In this document: in pieces, positions 52,724 through 62,515 of the stretch
How positions within the stretch are numbered: the stretch's first letter is position 1
Layout: every line of letters begins with the position of its first letter
NCBI GenBank assembly: GCA_000165345.1
Contig: CM000436.1
Span: 64,001 to 128,000, forward strand
Length of the DNA: 64,000 nucleotides
Direction: 5' to 3'
Translations under genes and position numbers: made by a program
Notes under the pieces: model-generated
What the model saw: only the letters and a program-made list of their open reading frames with translations
What the model was told of the DNA's origin: nothing
The model's database searches: none

Positions 52724-55495
52724 ATGCATAATTCAATGAATTTCCATGAAGAAATGGAATTGCGAAATAGCGAAAGTTTAAGAATAGAAAGCGACTTTGA
52801 AACATTTCAAGGACGTAAGAGTAGAACAGGGTATAACAGGTTTTTGAATGATGATGAGGTTGAAAACGTCGTACACATAAAAGATGTACCAATTTATATA
52901 AAATATAATTCAATTTCTTCAACATGTACTAGCACAGCCCCATCCACCCCAAACTCTCGTGAATTTGACCGTCTAGAAAATAATGCAAGACTTAATAACA
53001 ACATTGTAAATAATGAAAGTTTGCCGCTCCGTTCACAAGTTTCTCACTTTGGAAAGGTGGGAGAGGAAGGATTTTGTAATAATACAGGTAATAGTTTTGG
53101 TAGTTCATTATATAATAGAGGAGGAATTTTGGAGAGCTCGAATATGACTATGCAGTTTTTTAACTTCAGGATAGTTAAAAGAAGGCACTATTCAAGTTCC
53201 AGTAACTTATTAAAAAGTTTTAACAGAGTACATATAGAAATGACCAAGCCGAACGATTTTTCTTTCTTATTGAATAGCGATATTAATGATGGAAATGACT
53301 TTCTACACTTGAAATCAGAACAACGACTTTTGGTTGATTTTCAGGAATTTCCGGTGATGCTGGTTGATTTATTGAATAGGTCTAAGGGAAATGGGTTTTC
53401 TGAAAGCTATTTTGATGCAAGAGTGAATAATAAAGGCATAAATATAGAAAAGGAGACAGTATTTCCTGGTATAAATAGGTACGATCCTGGTAATTTACGG
53501 TCCAGCTTTTCTCCATCAGCAAGCGATAATTTGAACTCACTCAAGATTGTTTTGAACTTGAATATTTCAGAAGGAGGGATAGAGCAGTCATATTTAGGGG
53601 GGCTATCTTCAGGAGCAACTTTCAATTCTGCAGTATTAAGTCGGGTTGATTCATCTACATTGCATTTTGTGGAATTAAACCATTACAAGGAAATTGTTCA
53701 CTTATCACTTCCATTTGAGATGGCTAATGAAGCTTTCTTTAGGGACTATATTTTAAGACATTTGAATAATTATTTTGATTTGTCTAATAGACAACAGAAG
53801 ATAATTACTGGCTATGAGGCAGATCTAGAGTCATTAAGGAAGGAAATAGGACTACTTAATGAGAAACTTTCAAAGACTAATTATCTCTCAGCTCAGAATG
53901 AACGTGATATGTCTGAAAAGTTCCAAGCTGAGATTAAGAGAATTTTTGAAAGGTATGAAAACGATTACAATCAGATAAAAATGATTTATGAGGATACACA
54001 TAATAGAGAGTTGGAGCACTGGAACCAAGAAAGATTATCAAATGAAAAGAAAATTAAAGATTTGCAACAACAACTTGACGAACTTGGAAATGCATTTAAT
54101 GAGCTTAGTAAGTCAAAATCTAGCTTGGAAAGGTATATCAAGGATGACAAAGAAACTAATAATGGGCTTAAAGCTAAGCTGGAGGCAATTCAAAGCTCAT
54201 ATGACGTATTATCCAAGATAAAGGATGAGCAGGAACAAGAGTTGAACAACTTAAAGCTGGAGTATAACAGTTCTATTGAGGCCAATAAGACTCTGAGGGA
54301 CGAAATAGATAAAAAGAAAAAAGAAATTAGTGAGTTAGATACCGCATTAGACGATGCATGCAAAGAGATCGAGAAAGGAAATCAAATTATTTCAAGCCTT
54401 CAGACATCTTTGGGAAATGTAGATTCTAAGTATAAGCAACAAATGACAAGTTTTAGTAATCTAAAAAGGAGTTTTCAGCAAATTGAAAGCAAGAATAGGA
54501 ATTTTGAGGAACGGATTAAGGACTATGAACAATCATTGGATGATTCAAATAATCGTCAGGAACAGCTTATAGAGGAAAATGAGAGATTGAGGAAGATTTT
54601 AATCGAAGCTGAGAGACAAATTGAGGTAAATCAAAGCGTCATATCATCATTGAAGAGACAAATATCTATCAATGAATCGAATTTTTATGGCTTTGACCAC
54701 AATTTTAATGCTGGAATGTCCAGGAGTTACTCTAAATCTTATCAGGGTTTATATAATACTATAGGCTCAGGACAAAGTAATTTAGCTTCTCTGAGTGGGA
54801 CCCACTATTCACTCGGAAACTTGCAGCCAGCTATTGCTTCCGTTTCGGCATCTCGAAGTTCGTATCTCGGTACACAATCGATTAACTCTGTCAAACATAG
54901 AAAGAGATCAGAAGCTACATTTGATGCTAATTCCGTTAATAGAAAATATTCTATGTCTGTTCAGCCAAGAAGATCTCAGACTTGGACAATGGAAAGCGTA
55001 AATCATGAACCGAGATACACTAGTGAAGCTTTTGAAGTAAAAAATCAAAAGAGAAGTGCTGAGACATCGAGCTCAAGGGATCGCCAGAGGATTTCAAGCT
55101 CTTTATATTATCGTGATTTAAATGATGGAACCGGACATGGTGGAGGTAGCAATAATAAAAAGGCATTAGAGACTATAGATGAAAGAGCTTCTTCTATTTT
55201 CACTCCACCAAATAACAGGAAAAAATTAGAGGAAGCTGGAAAGAACAGAAATATTAATTCAAAGAATACTACTAAAGCTTATAAGGAAGGAGAGATTCTT
55301 AATATGGAAGGAACTACATCGTTTGATATTACTGATAAAACAGAAGTTGAAAGGAGCGATTACCACGAAATTGACGATATATTATTTCAACTGGAAGGAA
55401 CTGGAGATAGTTTTGAAAGATCAGCCAAAGATTTGACCACTCCAAGACTTAAAACTCCAATTAAGCCGGTAATATCTGACAACAATGGGAGCTAG
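52724..55495 (+). CDS. SAS6: SAS-6 (spindle assembly abnormal 6, centriole/cartwheel protein) homologue with a long N-terminal extension. Alternative start at 53144.
   Basis: 923 aa. PISA/head domain: RVHIEMTKPNDFSFLLNSDINDGNDFLHLKSEQRLLVDFQEFPVMLVDLLNRS (compare human RVSIRMSIEL...[47 protein letters not shown]). LHFVELNHYKEIVHLSL matches LNVVETNPFKHLTHLSL. A ~300-aa coiled coil follows. MTMQFFNF at 53144 aligns with the human head-domain start. Confidence 0.7.
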   Translation: MHNSMNFHEEMELRNSESLRIESDFETFQGRKSRTGYNRFLNDDEVENVVHIKDVPIYIKYNSISSTCTSTAPSTPNSREFDRLENNARLNNNIVNNESLPLRSQVSHFGKVGEEGFCNNTGNSFGSSLYNRGGILESSNMTMQFFNFRIVKRRHYSSSSNLLKSFNRVHIEMTKPNDFSFLLNSDINDGNDFLHLKSEQRLLVDFQEFPVMLVDLLNRSKGNGFSESYFDARVNNKGINIEKETVFPGINRYDPGNLRSSFSPSASDNLNSLKIVLNLNISEGGIEQSYLGGLSSGATFNSAVLSRVDSSTLHFVELNHYKEIVHLSLPFEMANEAFFRDYILRHLNNYFDLSNRQQKIITGYEADLESLRKEIGLLNEKLSKTNYLSAQNERDMSEKFQAEIKRIFERYENDYNQIKMIYEDTHNRELEHWNQERLSNEKKIKDLQQQLDELGNAFNELSKSKSSLERYIKDDKETNNGLKAKLEAIQSSYDVLSKIKDEQEQELNNLKLEYNSSIEANKTLRDEIDKKKKEISELDTALDDACKEIEKGNQIISSLQTSLGNVDSKYKQQMTSFSNLKRSFQQIESKNRNFEERIKDYEQSLDDSNNRQEQLIEENERLRKILIEAERQIEVNQSVISSLKRQISINESNFYGFDHNFNAGMSRSYSKSYQGLYNTIGSGQSNLASLSGTHYSLGNLQPAIASVSASRSSYLGTQSINSVKHRKRSEATFDANSVNRKYSMSVQPRRSQTWTMESVNHEPRYTSEAFEVKNQKRSAETSSSRDRQRISSSLYYRDLNDGTGHGGGSNNKKALETIDERASSIFTPPNNRKKLEEAGKNRNINSKNTTKAYKEGEILNMEGTTSFDITDKTEVERSDYHEIDDILFQLEGTGDSFERSAKDLTTPRLKTPIKPVISDNNGS

Positions 55496-55943
55496 GAAGA
55501 TCGAGTATTTTCTATTCCATGAAAAATTTACAAGAAATTTTCTCTGTTTCCTTTTGCTGTCTCAATTCAATTTTGTGATGGTTAAAGTTAATTAGTTATT
55601 CATAACTCAAATTGAAAGATAAAAAAGAAGTTATTCAAAAATATATTCTATACATACAGGAAGCCATATTTATGTTAATGAATATCATTACACAGAGTAA
55701 TAACAGTATTATTATCCAAAAACTTCTACAAAACTAGCATATATTTCTTCTCTATGGTAAATGGATATAATTTTGGTACTAATCTATTATCTTGAGATAC
55801 AAATTATTATATAATTTATCATTTTTCCTTACTTTTTTGATTAGGAAAGAGAATCTAGGCAGCTATTAAGGAAATCTTGGATGATAATTACTCCTTTAAA
55901 ATTCAATGGTCTTGGTAAGAGATAATGGTAAAGCTTCCAATAT

Positions 55944-56387
55944 TTAACATTTTTCAGAGTAACGATGGAGTGCTGATAGAAGATCATCAGGGGAAATGGC
56001 ATTATCTCCATCACCATCTAAGTTAGTTAACATAGTTTTTAATTCTTCCTCACTCATTGAAAGACCAAGTCTGGAAGCACATGCTGAAAGATCCTCAAGA
56101 TCTATTGTTCCAGTCTTCTTGATATCAAGGCAACTAAAGATATTTACAGCATCTTCAACAGTGAATTTTTTTATCTCATTTCCACTGTTTACAAGACTTA
56201 CAAATCCTGCAAAATCTAGTTTACCTCCACACTCCTGAGTTAGTGAGTTTAGTCTTCCAATGACTGTGTTATCTAATGGAATATCCATACACGTAGCTGC
56301 AGCTCTTAAGAACCCAACATCTAACCCTGATTTACCATCAAGTAAATCAAAAACATCTCTCAATTCTCTAACTTCAGTACTGTCCAT
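55944..56387 (-). CDS. EF-hand protein (calmodulin/myosin-light-chain-like; the EF loops look partly degenerate).
   Basis: 147 aa. Four helix-loop-helix units (DLLDGKSGLDVGFL; ...CGGKLDFAGFVSL; DIKKTGTIDLEDL; DGDGDNAISPDDLL). The last two loops are closest to canonical. Confidence 0.65.
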   Translation of the reverse strand: MDSTEVRELRDVFDLLDGKSGLDVGFLRAAATCMDIPLDNTVIGRLNSLTQECGGKLDFAGFVSLVNSGNEIKKFTVEDAVNIFSCLDIKKTGTIDLEDLSACASRLGLSMSEEELKTMLTNLDGDGDNAISPDDLLSALHRYSEKC

Positions 56388-56743
56388 TTTTTTTAAAATA
56401 AAATCAAACTGCCAATATTAGTATTAGTTTTCCTTGGATAAAGCCAAATAAAAGAAAATTAATAAAGCTCTGATATATAATTACTCTTTTTTTTTTTTTT
56501 TAAATCTTTACAAATACAACTTCCTTTATAATCTATTTATTACCTTGGCTTAAACAAATACAACAAATCTCGTCAGAAAATAATAATTCGCTTCCACTAT
56601 ATTCGTATTTTATTATTCTCCCTTCCCCTTTGCTCCTCTTTAATACTAAGCTTATATCTGAGATGCTTATATTTATACTTTCTCTTATTTTCCATGTATT
56701 GCCGTTTACATGTCTAATATTATGCACACTTTAATGATGCAAA

Positions 56744-56786
56744 TGTGGCGGCAAAAATGCCCGCCAGACATGCCATATGGCGGTAA
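56744..56786. promoter_or_regulatory. Triple E2F-like cluster TGTGGCGGCAAAAATGCCCGCCAGACATGCCATATGGCGGTAA. It sits in the bidirectional spacer between the EF-hand gene (minus) and the OB-fold gene (plus), 72 bp upstream of the latter's ATG.
   Basis: Direct match. E2F sites are classically upstream of DNA-replication genes. Confidence 0.55.
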
Positions 56787-56857
56787 TGGTGGGGAATTGT
56801 GTAAAAGATTAAAAGAGCTAATTTAGTAGAGAATATAAAGGATGGAAAAGAGGGATT

Positions 56858-57636
56858 ATGTTAGGTAGAGGAGAGGACAATGTGAATGATAGAGACAGTA
56901 ATAGTTTGGAAGATAGTGTGAACGGTTTAGTGGAGGATGAATTGGCAGAGATGATATTGCTGCAGGAAGTGTATGATTTAAGGTTGGAGAAAAAGAAAAT
57001 TAGAGTTGCTGGAATTGTAAAATCCGTGGACTTGATTGAGCAGGAGATTGCGATATTCTACGAGTCCAGAAGCTTAAGAGTGAGTTTGAGGTATGGATTT
57101 TAACTTATAAAGTGCATGGTTTTGGTGAAGGAAAGTAAATATATAGATAATAATTATTGAAAAAAAAAGAAATTAAAAGAAGGGGAGGAGCCATCGTAGT
57201 CAGGTGTGTAATAAGGATAAAAATAACCAATAACACGAGCAATGCTGGCGCCTTTACACGTCATTTCAATGTTTTTAGGTTTTAAACATTGTTTTACCAA
57301 AATCATGTATCATTTCCATAGAGAAAAAAAACTTTTTTTCTTCGAGTAGAAATGATTACTAGATTAATTATCTAACTTTAATATTAATTTATTTTTAGGA
57401 ACTTGAAAAAACCAAGGATTCAAAGCATAGAAAAAGGAAGTAAGGTGGAAGTTATAGGTTACATAATAAATCAGGAAGATTTCAATACATGCGAACTGAA
57501 AGAAAGCAAAACTAAGGGGAATTTGGTTATGATCGCTCAAGTAATAAGAAATATTGATGAAACTAATTTATATTTCCATCAATTAAGTATTATTTTACGT
57601 AGAAAAATACTAAATTCCGTGAATATTATATATTAA
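56858..57636 (+). CDS. Small OB-fold protein of the RPA/CST type (RPA3/Ten1/Stn1-RPA32-like), 156 aa. Two exons: join(56858..57090, 57399..57636).
   Basis: The two ORF-track pieces 56858..57103 and 57403..57636 (the second TTG-initiated) are joined by a GTATGG...TTTTTAG intron (308 nt) with matching phase (2+1 gives AGG). The product shows the OB-fold pattern of RPA32/Stn1: KKKIRVAGIVKSVDLIEQEIAIFYESRS (compare [25 protein letters not shown]) ... GSKVEVIGYIINQEDFNTCELKESKTKGNLVMIAQVIRNIDETNLYFHQLSII (compare [38 protein letters not shown]). It lies directly downstream of the triple E2F box. Confidence 0.4.
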
Positions 57637-57941
57637 AGGGTTATAATTTAATTAATTTTATTTTCTAATTGGTTTTTTTTTGCATAGCTTGTATCATATA
57701 TTAAATTATCAATAATAAATGGGTGTCTGCTAATTGATTCAATCCATTCAATCCATCTAAATAGGTAAAGAAAAAAGAGTTAATTTCAAAGTCAGATTTT
57801 GTTCAATTTTTTTTTTTATTAAATAATTTATGTAATCGTAATTATTATTGAATTACGTGTTTTTTGCATGCATGCAAAAAATAACGGTAATTAAATAAAT
57901 TATTAAAAAAAAAAATTGGTATTAGTGATCCCAAAGTAAAC

Positions 57942-59447
57942 TTACTTGTTATAGTTTTCTTCTGAAATAGTTGAATAGATTTTGGAGTAGATTGAGTTAA
58001 CTTTAAAAGATTCCATTTCTTTAACAAAATGGCAATCCTTAATATGAAATGAGAGAAATTGAATTGCAAAATCAGTTTGATCAGTGGAAATGCTTCTTTT
58101 TGTATTATATGAGTTATAAAAAACTCTATCTAGAAGAAGTCCTTGGCTTGGAGCTAAATGAATGGAAAATTTATCGGGTAAAAAACAAAGTTGAATTCCA
58201 TTGCTTGGAGCTGTTCCTCTAAAAATTTCTATAGCTAATGCTACCATTTTTCTTATTTGGTGCAATAGAAATGACTGGCCTTTAATTATAATCTTAATAA
58301 GGTTAATTTCCCCTTTAATTTCGTTTTGACTAACTTTTACTACTTTAATTTCTTCAATATGCCTCCAAGAAGTGGAATCTTCATAACTTGATTTTGATGT
58401 AAAATTATGAAAACTATGTGTACCAATATATTCATTCAAAATTGATTGAAATCTCTTTAAATCTTCATCTGATAAACTGAATCTCCTTTTTGGGTCTAAA
58501 TAATCCTCAATTTTATAATTTACCAACCTGTAATCATTTCCAAAACCATAGTTGTTGAGTCTATTAGTTTGATGAAATTCAAACTGTTTCATCCTCTCTC
58601 CTTTTTCATCATCCTCATCATCTTCTTCTCTTTCAACTTCTTCTTCGATTTCATTGACTTCAGGGTTATGGTTTAAACTTGTATTGATAGTTTCTCTTTT
58701 TCTTTTTTTACTTGCATTCTTTAATTCATTTAATCCTTTCTCAAATCTAGATAAGCTTGCTTTGTTAAGCTCTTCTTTGAAATCATCATTGTTAATATTT
58801 ACATGTTTAAGAAGAAATTCAGGCATTAAGTATTCGTATTGTCTTCTAGAACAATCTGTTCTGGCATCAAAATTCTTTGTTACTCTAAAAATCTTAAAAA
58901 CCTTAATTTTTGTTGATTCTAAAAGTTCATTGAGTTTAGTTACTATATAATCAAGAATCAATAATTCATCCAAAAATTCATCCAAATTATTTTTTAAAAC
59001 TAATGAAGCTCCTCCTAATAGAGGATTTATACTCTGAATTTTATCTACTCCATTCTTATTTAAAATATCTCTCTCTTCTTTAAGTCTTTTACAGATTTCT
59101 ATTATTTTTTCATCAACATCCTTATTCTTTAAAATAAGTTCTAACTCGTCATTTATTTTAATTTTAGCTCTAAAAGATACTACTTGACAAACTGAATGTA
59201 CCCCTTTATCAGTTCGCCCAACTCTAGACCACTTAATCTTCTTTAATAATCCTCCTTGATCATCATTTTGTTCATTACTTAAAAAAAACATACCAAGCTT
59301 CTCTAAACAATCTTCCATTTCTCCTTCAATAGTTCTCAATTCTTCTACCTTTTTATTATTTCTCATTTGAATCTGCATCCCATGATAATCTGATCCATCA
59401 TATCCAAAGGACATGCAATATGTTTTCATAGGGATTACCTCTTTCAT
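57942..59447 (-). CDS. tRNA pseudouridine synthase of the TruA family (Pus1-like) with an acidic insert.
   Basis: 501 aa. YCMSFGYDGSDYHGMQIQ; catalytic-Asp motif SRVGRTDKGVHSVCQVVS; conserved C-terminal FLLHQIRKMVA. Confidence 0.78.
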   Translation of the reverse strand: MKEVIPMKTYCMSFGYDGSDYHGMQIQMRNNKKVEELRTIEGEMEDCLEKLGMFFLSNEQNDDQGGLLKKIKWSRVGRTDKGVHSVCQVVSFRAKIKINDELELILKNKDVDEKIIEICKRLKEERDILNKNGVDKIQSINPLLGGASLVLKNNLDEFLDELLILDYIVTKLNELLESTKIKVFKIFRVTKNFDARTDCSRRQYEYLMPEFLLKHVNINNDDFKEELNKASLSRFEKGLNELKNASKKRKRETINTSLNHNPEVNEIEEEVEREEDDEDDEKGERMKQFEFHQTNRLNNYGFGNDYRLVNYKIEDYLDPKRRFSLSDEDLKRFQSILNEYIGTHSFHNFTSKSSYEDSTSWRHIEEIKVVKVSQNEIKGEINLIKIIIKGQSFLLHQIRKMVALAIEIFRGTAPSNGIQLCFLPDKFSIHLAPSQGLLLDRVFYNSYNTKRSISTDQTDFAIQFLSFHIKDCHFVKEMESFKVNSIYSKIYSTISEENYNK

Positions 59448-59652
59448 CTTAATTTTTCAATTTTTTTCCTTTTAACTTATAATAAAAAAAACCTATCTAA
59501 TTATCTAAAACATTTATTATATTAGAAATAGTAATCAAATGAAATCAGAAAAACTTTTTTTAATCTTGAAATATCACTTTAAATTCAAAACCTTAGATTA
59601 CTAATATTTTCCTCCATCTAATTATATTTTTTGATACTTAGAAAAGTCTAGA

Positions 59653-59670
59653 CTAGTTACCGGTAACTAG
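59653..59670. promoter_or_regulatory. 18-bp perfect palindrome CTAGTTACCGGTAACTAG (core TACCGGTA), preceded by TCTAGA, about 210 bp upstream of the Pus1 start (minus strand). Related AATGCCGGTATAG at 59747-59759, TTACCGCCTAAA at 59778-59789 and GCATGC at 59805-59812.
   Basis: Read directly. The reverse complement is identical. Confidence 0.45.
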
Positions 59671-59885
59671 TTTTTTTTATTAAAAAATTACTTTTAATAT
59701 TCTTCATAACCAAAAATTATTTTATACTTAAATATTTTAAATAATTAATGCCGGTATAGAAAGTAGTTTTTTCTAATTTACCGCCTAAACTGAATTTTTT
59801 TAATGCATGCAAGTACAATAATTAAATTATTAAAAGTGTTGAATTTTCTTTTTAAATTATATTAAGAAACTTTTTGACTTTAGAA

Positions 59886-61034
59886 CTATTCATCGTCATC
59901 ATCAATATTTGAAGCTGAGCTTTGACCATTGTTACCAGCTCTTCCGCCTCTAGTCATTTTCTTTACGATGAATGCTAATTTAGATATATTACTATTGAGT
60001 CTCTTGATTACATCCTTTCTTTTTTTATTTTTTGAAATCAATTTACTAACTTTAGCTTCCAAAGCAGATAATCTGGTCTCAACATCTCCTCCAATTACAT
60101 CTCCAGTACCTGCGCCGCCAGTACCACCAGCACCACCAGCACCACCGGTGTTGTTATATAAGTTAATTAAGGTCAATCTTGGATTTCCATTCTTCCTTGC
60201 TTGTTTAAGTTGTTTTTTAAGCTCTTTTACTTTTTTCTTCGCATCTTTCTTGTTCATACCAGATGAAGTCATCATTTTAATTAATTCTTTTTCATCTTTT
60301 TTGTCTTGTTTCTTTTGTTTCTTTTTCTCTTCTTTCGTTAGTTCTGCTGTAGATGCAGCTCCAGCGGTTACATCAGTAATAGAGTCAGATGCGTCTTGAA
60401 TTCCTGAATTTGAGTCTGTATCAGAATTAGCATTAGCGGCCCCACTACCACTAAAACCTCCAGAATTATTAAATAATTGCATTAGTGTTAATTGAGGATT
60501 ATTCTTTCTTTCAGCCTTAAGTTGTTTCTTTAGCTCTTTTAGCTTCTTACTAACTTCTTTTGAAGGTACATTATCTTTCTTTCCCAAATTTTTAATTTCC
60601 CTTTCATCCTCTTTATCTTTTTTCTTCATTTCCTTAGCTTGAGCTTTTGCTGAGGCCTTTTCTTGTTTCTTCTTTTCTTTTTCTTGTTTCTTCCTTTCCT
60701 TCTCTTCCTTCTTTTTTCTTTTTTTTTCTTCTTTGTTTTTACTTTTAGATTTTTTCTTTTTTGAAAGTTGAACAAGTGAAACATTTTCAAAGACAATACC
60801 AGTTTGTTTTTCTTCTAAAAAGAAGGAAAACCCAGGTTTTCTTTCAAACAATTCTGATCGAAAGAATTCATCTACTAAGAATGAACAGCTTTTTCTTAAA
60901 TGGTGGCTTTCTTCTCCACTAAATAAAACAATAGCACTCAAACTTAATAGTGAGTAACCATAGAAAAGGAGTTTTTTTATTTTACTCATCCTCCAATTGA
61001 TTTGTTCTCGTCTCTTTCTGAACTTACTCAGCAA
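59886..61034 (-). CDS. Lysine-rich repeat protein with an N-terminal hydrophobic/signal segment, two copies of a ~45-aa repeat and Gly-rich tracts. Hypothetical secreted or surface protein.
   Basis: 382 aa. N-terminal LLFYGYSLLSLSAIVLFSG. KKEEKERKKQEKEKKKQEK block. Repeats SKKLKELKKQLKAERKNNPQLTLMQLFNNSGGFSGSG and KKKVKELKKQLKQARKNGNPRLTLINLYNNTGGAGGAGG. Acidic DDDDE end. Confidence 0.55.
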   Translation of the reverse strand: MLSKFRKRREQINWRMSKIKKLLFYGYSLLSLSAIVLFSGEESHHLRKSCSFLVDEFFRSELFERKPGFSFFLEEKQTGIVFENVSLVQLSKKKKSKSKNKEEKKRKKKEEKERKKQEKEKKKQEKASAKAQAKEMKKKDKEDEREIKNLGKKDNVPSKEVSKKLKELKKQLKAERKNNPQLTLMQLFNNSGGFSGSGAANANSDTDSNSGIQDASDSITDVTAGAASTAELTKEEKKKQKKQDKKDEKELIKMMTSSGMNKKDAKKKVKELKKQLKQARKNGNPRLTLINLYNNTGGAGGAGGTGGAGTGDVIGGDVETRLSALEAKVSKLISKNKKRKDVIKRLNSNISKLAFIVKKMTRGGRAGNNGQSSASNIDDDDE

Positions 61035-61160
61035 CTTATACCTTATATATGCATATATTATTTTTGTTTATAAGTATTTTTAAATATATCCAATTATCAA
61101 TAAAATATTCCTCATATTTGCACCTGTGCATGCATTCATAATAATGTGTGACTATTTTGA

Positions 61161-61170
61161 TTGGCGCCAA
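61161..61170. promoter_or_regulatory. E2F-like palindromic box TTGGCGCCAA about 130 bp upstream of the Lys-rich gene. GCATGC box at 61128-61136.
   Basis: Direct match. Confidence 0.5.
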
Positions 61171-62401
61171 CCCATTAGTAATATTAAATTTAAAGATTTT
61201 TAAAGTGAAAAGAAGATATTTTTGAGTTCTAAAGCAATGGAATTTGTTATATAGTTTTACTGAAATGGAAACAGATTGATTGTTTTTTTCTACTTTTTTC
61301 CCCATTCTATCTTTCTTTCATAATAAATTCCAATAAAATACATTGCTAATAGTTAGTTTGTTATATAGAAAAAATTTTTGAATTTATTTGGGGTTTAAAT
61401 TAGAAAAACAAAGATAAATTAAATAATTTTTTGAGTAATCTTTGAAAATTTATTCCAATTCTAATTCTAACTAAATAAAAACTCGTAATTTTTTTTAGAT
61501 TTAAATAAGCTTAAATGTAGAATTAACTTCTAATAGATTTTTGTCATCTAAATTATCAATCAGCTCATATTTCAGTCAAAATTTTTTTTATATTATTGAT
61601 TTATTTTATCCCACATATCATACTTTATTAATAAAAATGATGAAAGATGCACTCACAATTATTTTCAACAATAATGAATATAAAAACCTAGTTAGAAAGT
61701 AAGTGTAATTTCTTCCACTTAATCTTAATCAGTTACGTTTTATTTAATATCTTGTATACCATTAAAATATAAATAACCAAATTAAATAACGTTGGTTTGA
61801 AGTGTTTGCCGCCATTTGTGTGCATTGTATTAAAATAAATAATAAAATAAGATGCGTGTAAAAATATTTGTGGGTTAGAATTGAAATAATTAATATTTGT
61901 GTAGAATTTAAATTAAAATAATACTTTTTGGTATGAGGTGAAGTGGTTTGATAATCATATAATTTATTATTTAGAAACAACCTTAAAAGCCAATTTGATA
62001 TTTAGCCGGAAATATTTTCATTACTTAGTCAAGTCAATTTGACATTAACAAAGTATATTTTCATTGATATATATATATATATATATAAAGAAAAATGTCA
62101 GCTGCTGAAGTAAGTTTTGACTACAGGTATACTTGAAGTTTTTTTTTATATTTTTTTTAATTAAAAAAAATATTCAATAGCTCTGTTTCCTTCTTTAGGT
62201 GAGAATAAGAAAGAAACAAAAGCAATAATTCATTTTTTGAATTTTCGAAAATTTATAAATTACTTCAAGTATCCCTTCCTTGCCGTGTTTTCTATTTAAA
62301 CTCAAATACTCATCTTAAACTGCTAGATTGAAAACTGTGCCAACATTCTTGATTGTGAAAAAAAAAATCAATATGATTTAAAACTATCCCATAGAATTCT
62401 A

Positions 62402-62413
62402 ATTTTGGCGGGT
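62402..62413. promoter_or_regulatory. E2F-like box TTTTGGCGGGTG about 105 bp upstream of the small two-exon gene starting at 62516.
   Basis: Direct match. Confidence 0.45.
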
Positions 62414-62515
62414 GTTTTTGTTAGGTAAGTTTATCGCATGTATTACTTATTAAAGAAGTAAATTAAACAAAATATTTGATTTATAAAATCTAGTGAAGAT
62501 AAAGTACAAGAGTAT

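Noticed and set aside
52724-53143. Calling a separate gene in the N-terminal 140 codons of the SAS-6 ORF
   Set aside because: There is no stop between this region and the SAS-6 head domain and no independent motif. It is treated as an extension or 5' UTR ambiguity.
56858-57103. Treating 56858-57103 and 57403-57636 as two independent tiny genes
   Set aside because: Neither has a plausible independent function. The second lacks an ATG (TTG-initiated in the track). Together they form a phase-consistent spliced OB-fold CDS. They are reported as one gene, with uncertainty.
61036-61305. Minus-strand 89-aa ORF directly upstream of the Lys-rich gene
   Set aside because: It contains the E2F and GCATGC promoter boxes of the downstream gene and has AT-rich composition. 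It is almost certainly promoter sequence.
62095-62115. ATGTCAGCTGCTGAA followed by GTAAGT as a possible first exon of the small EF-hand-like gene
   Set aside because: It ends in phase 0, whereas the only downstream acceptor joining the conserved exon (62494) needs phase 2. It is also 380 bp away with an E2F box inside the would-be intron. GTAAGT is frequent by chance in AT-rich DNA.
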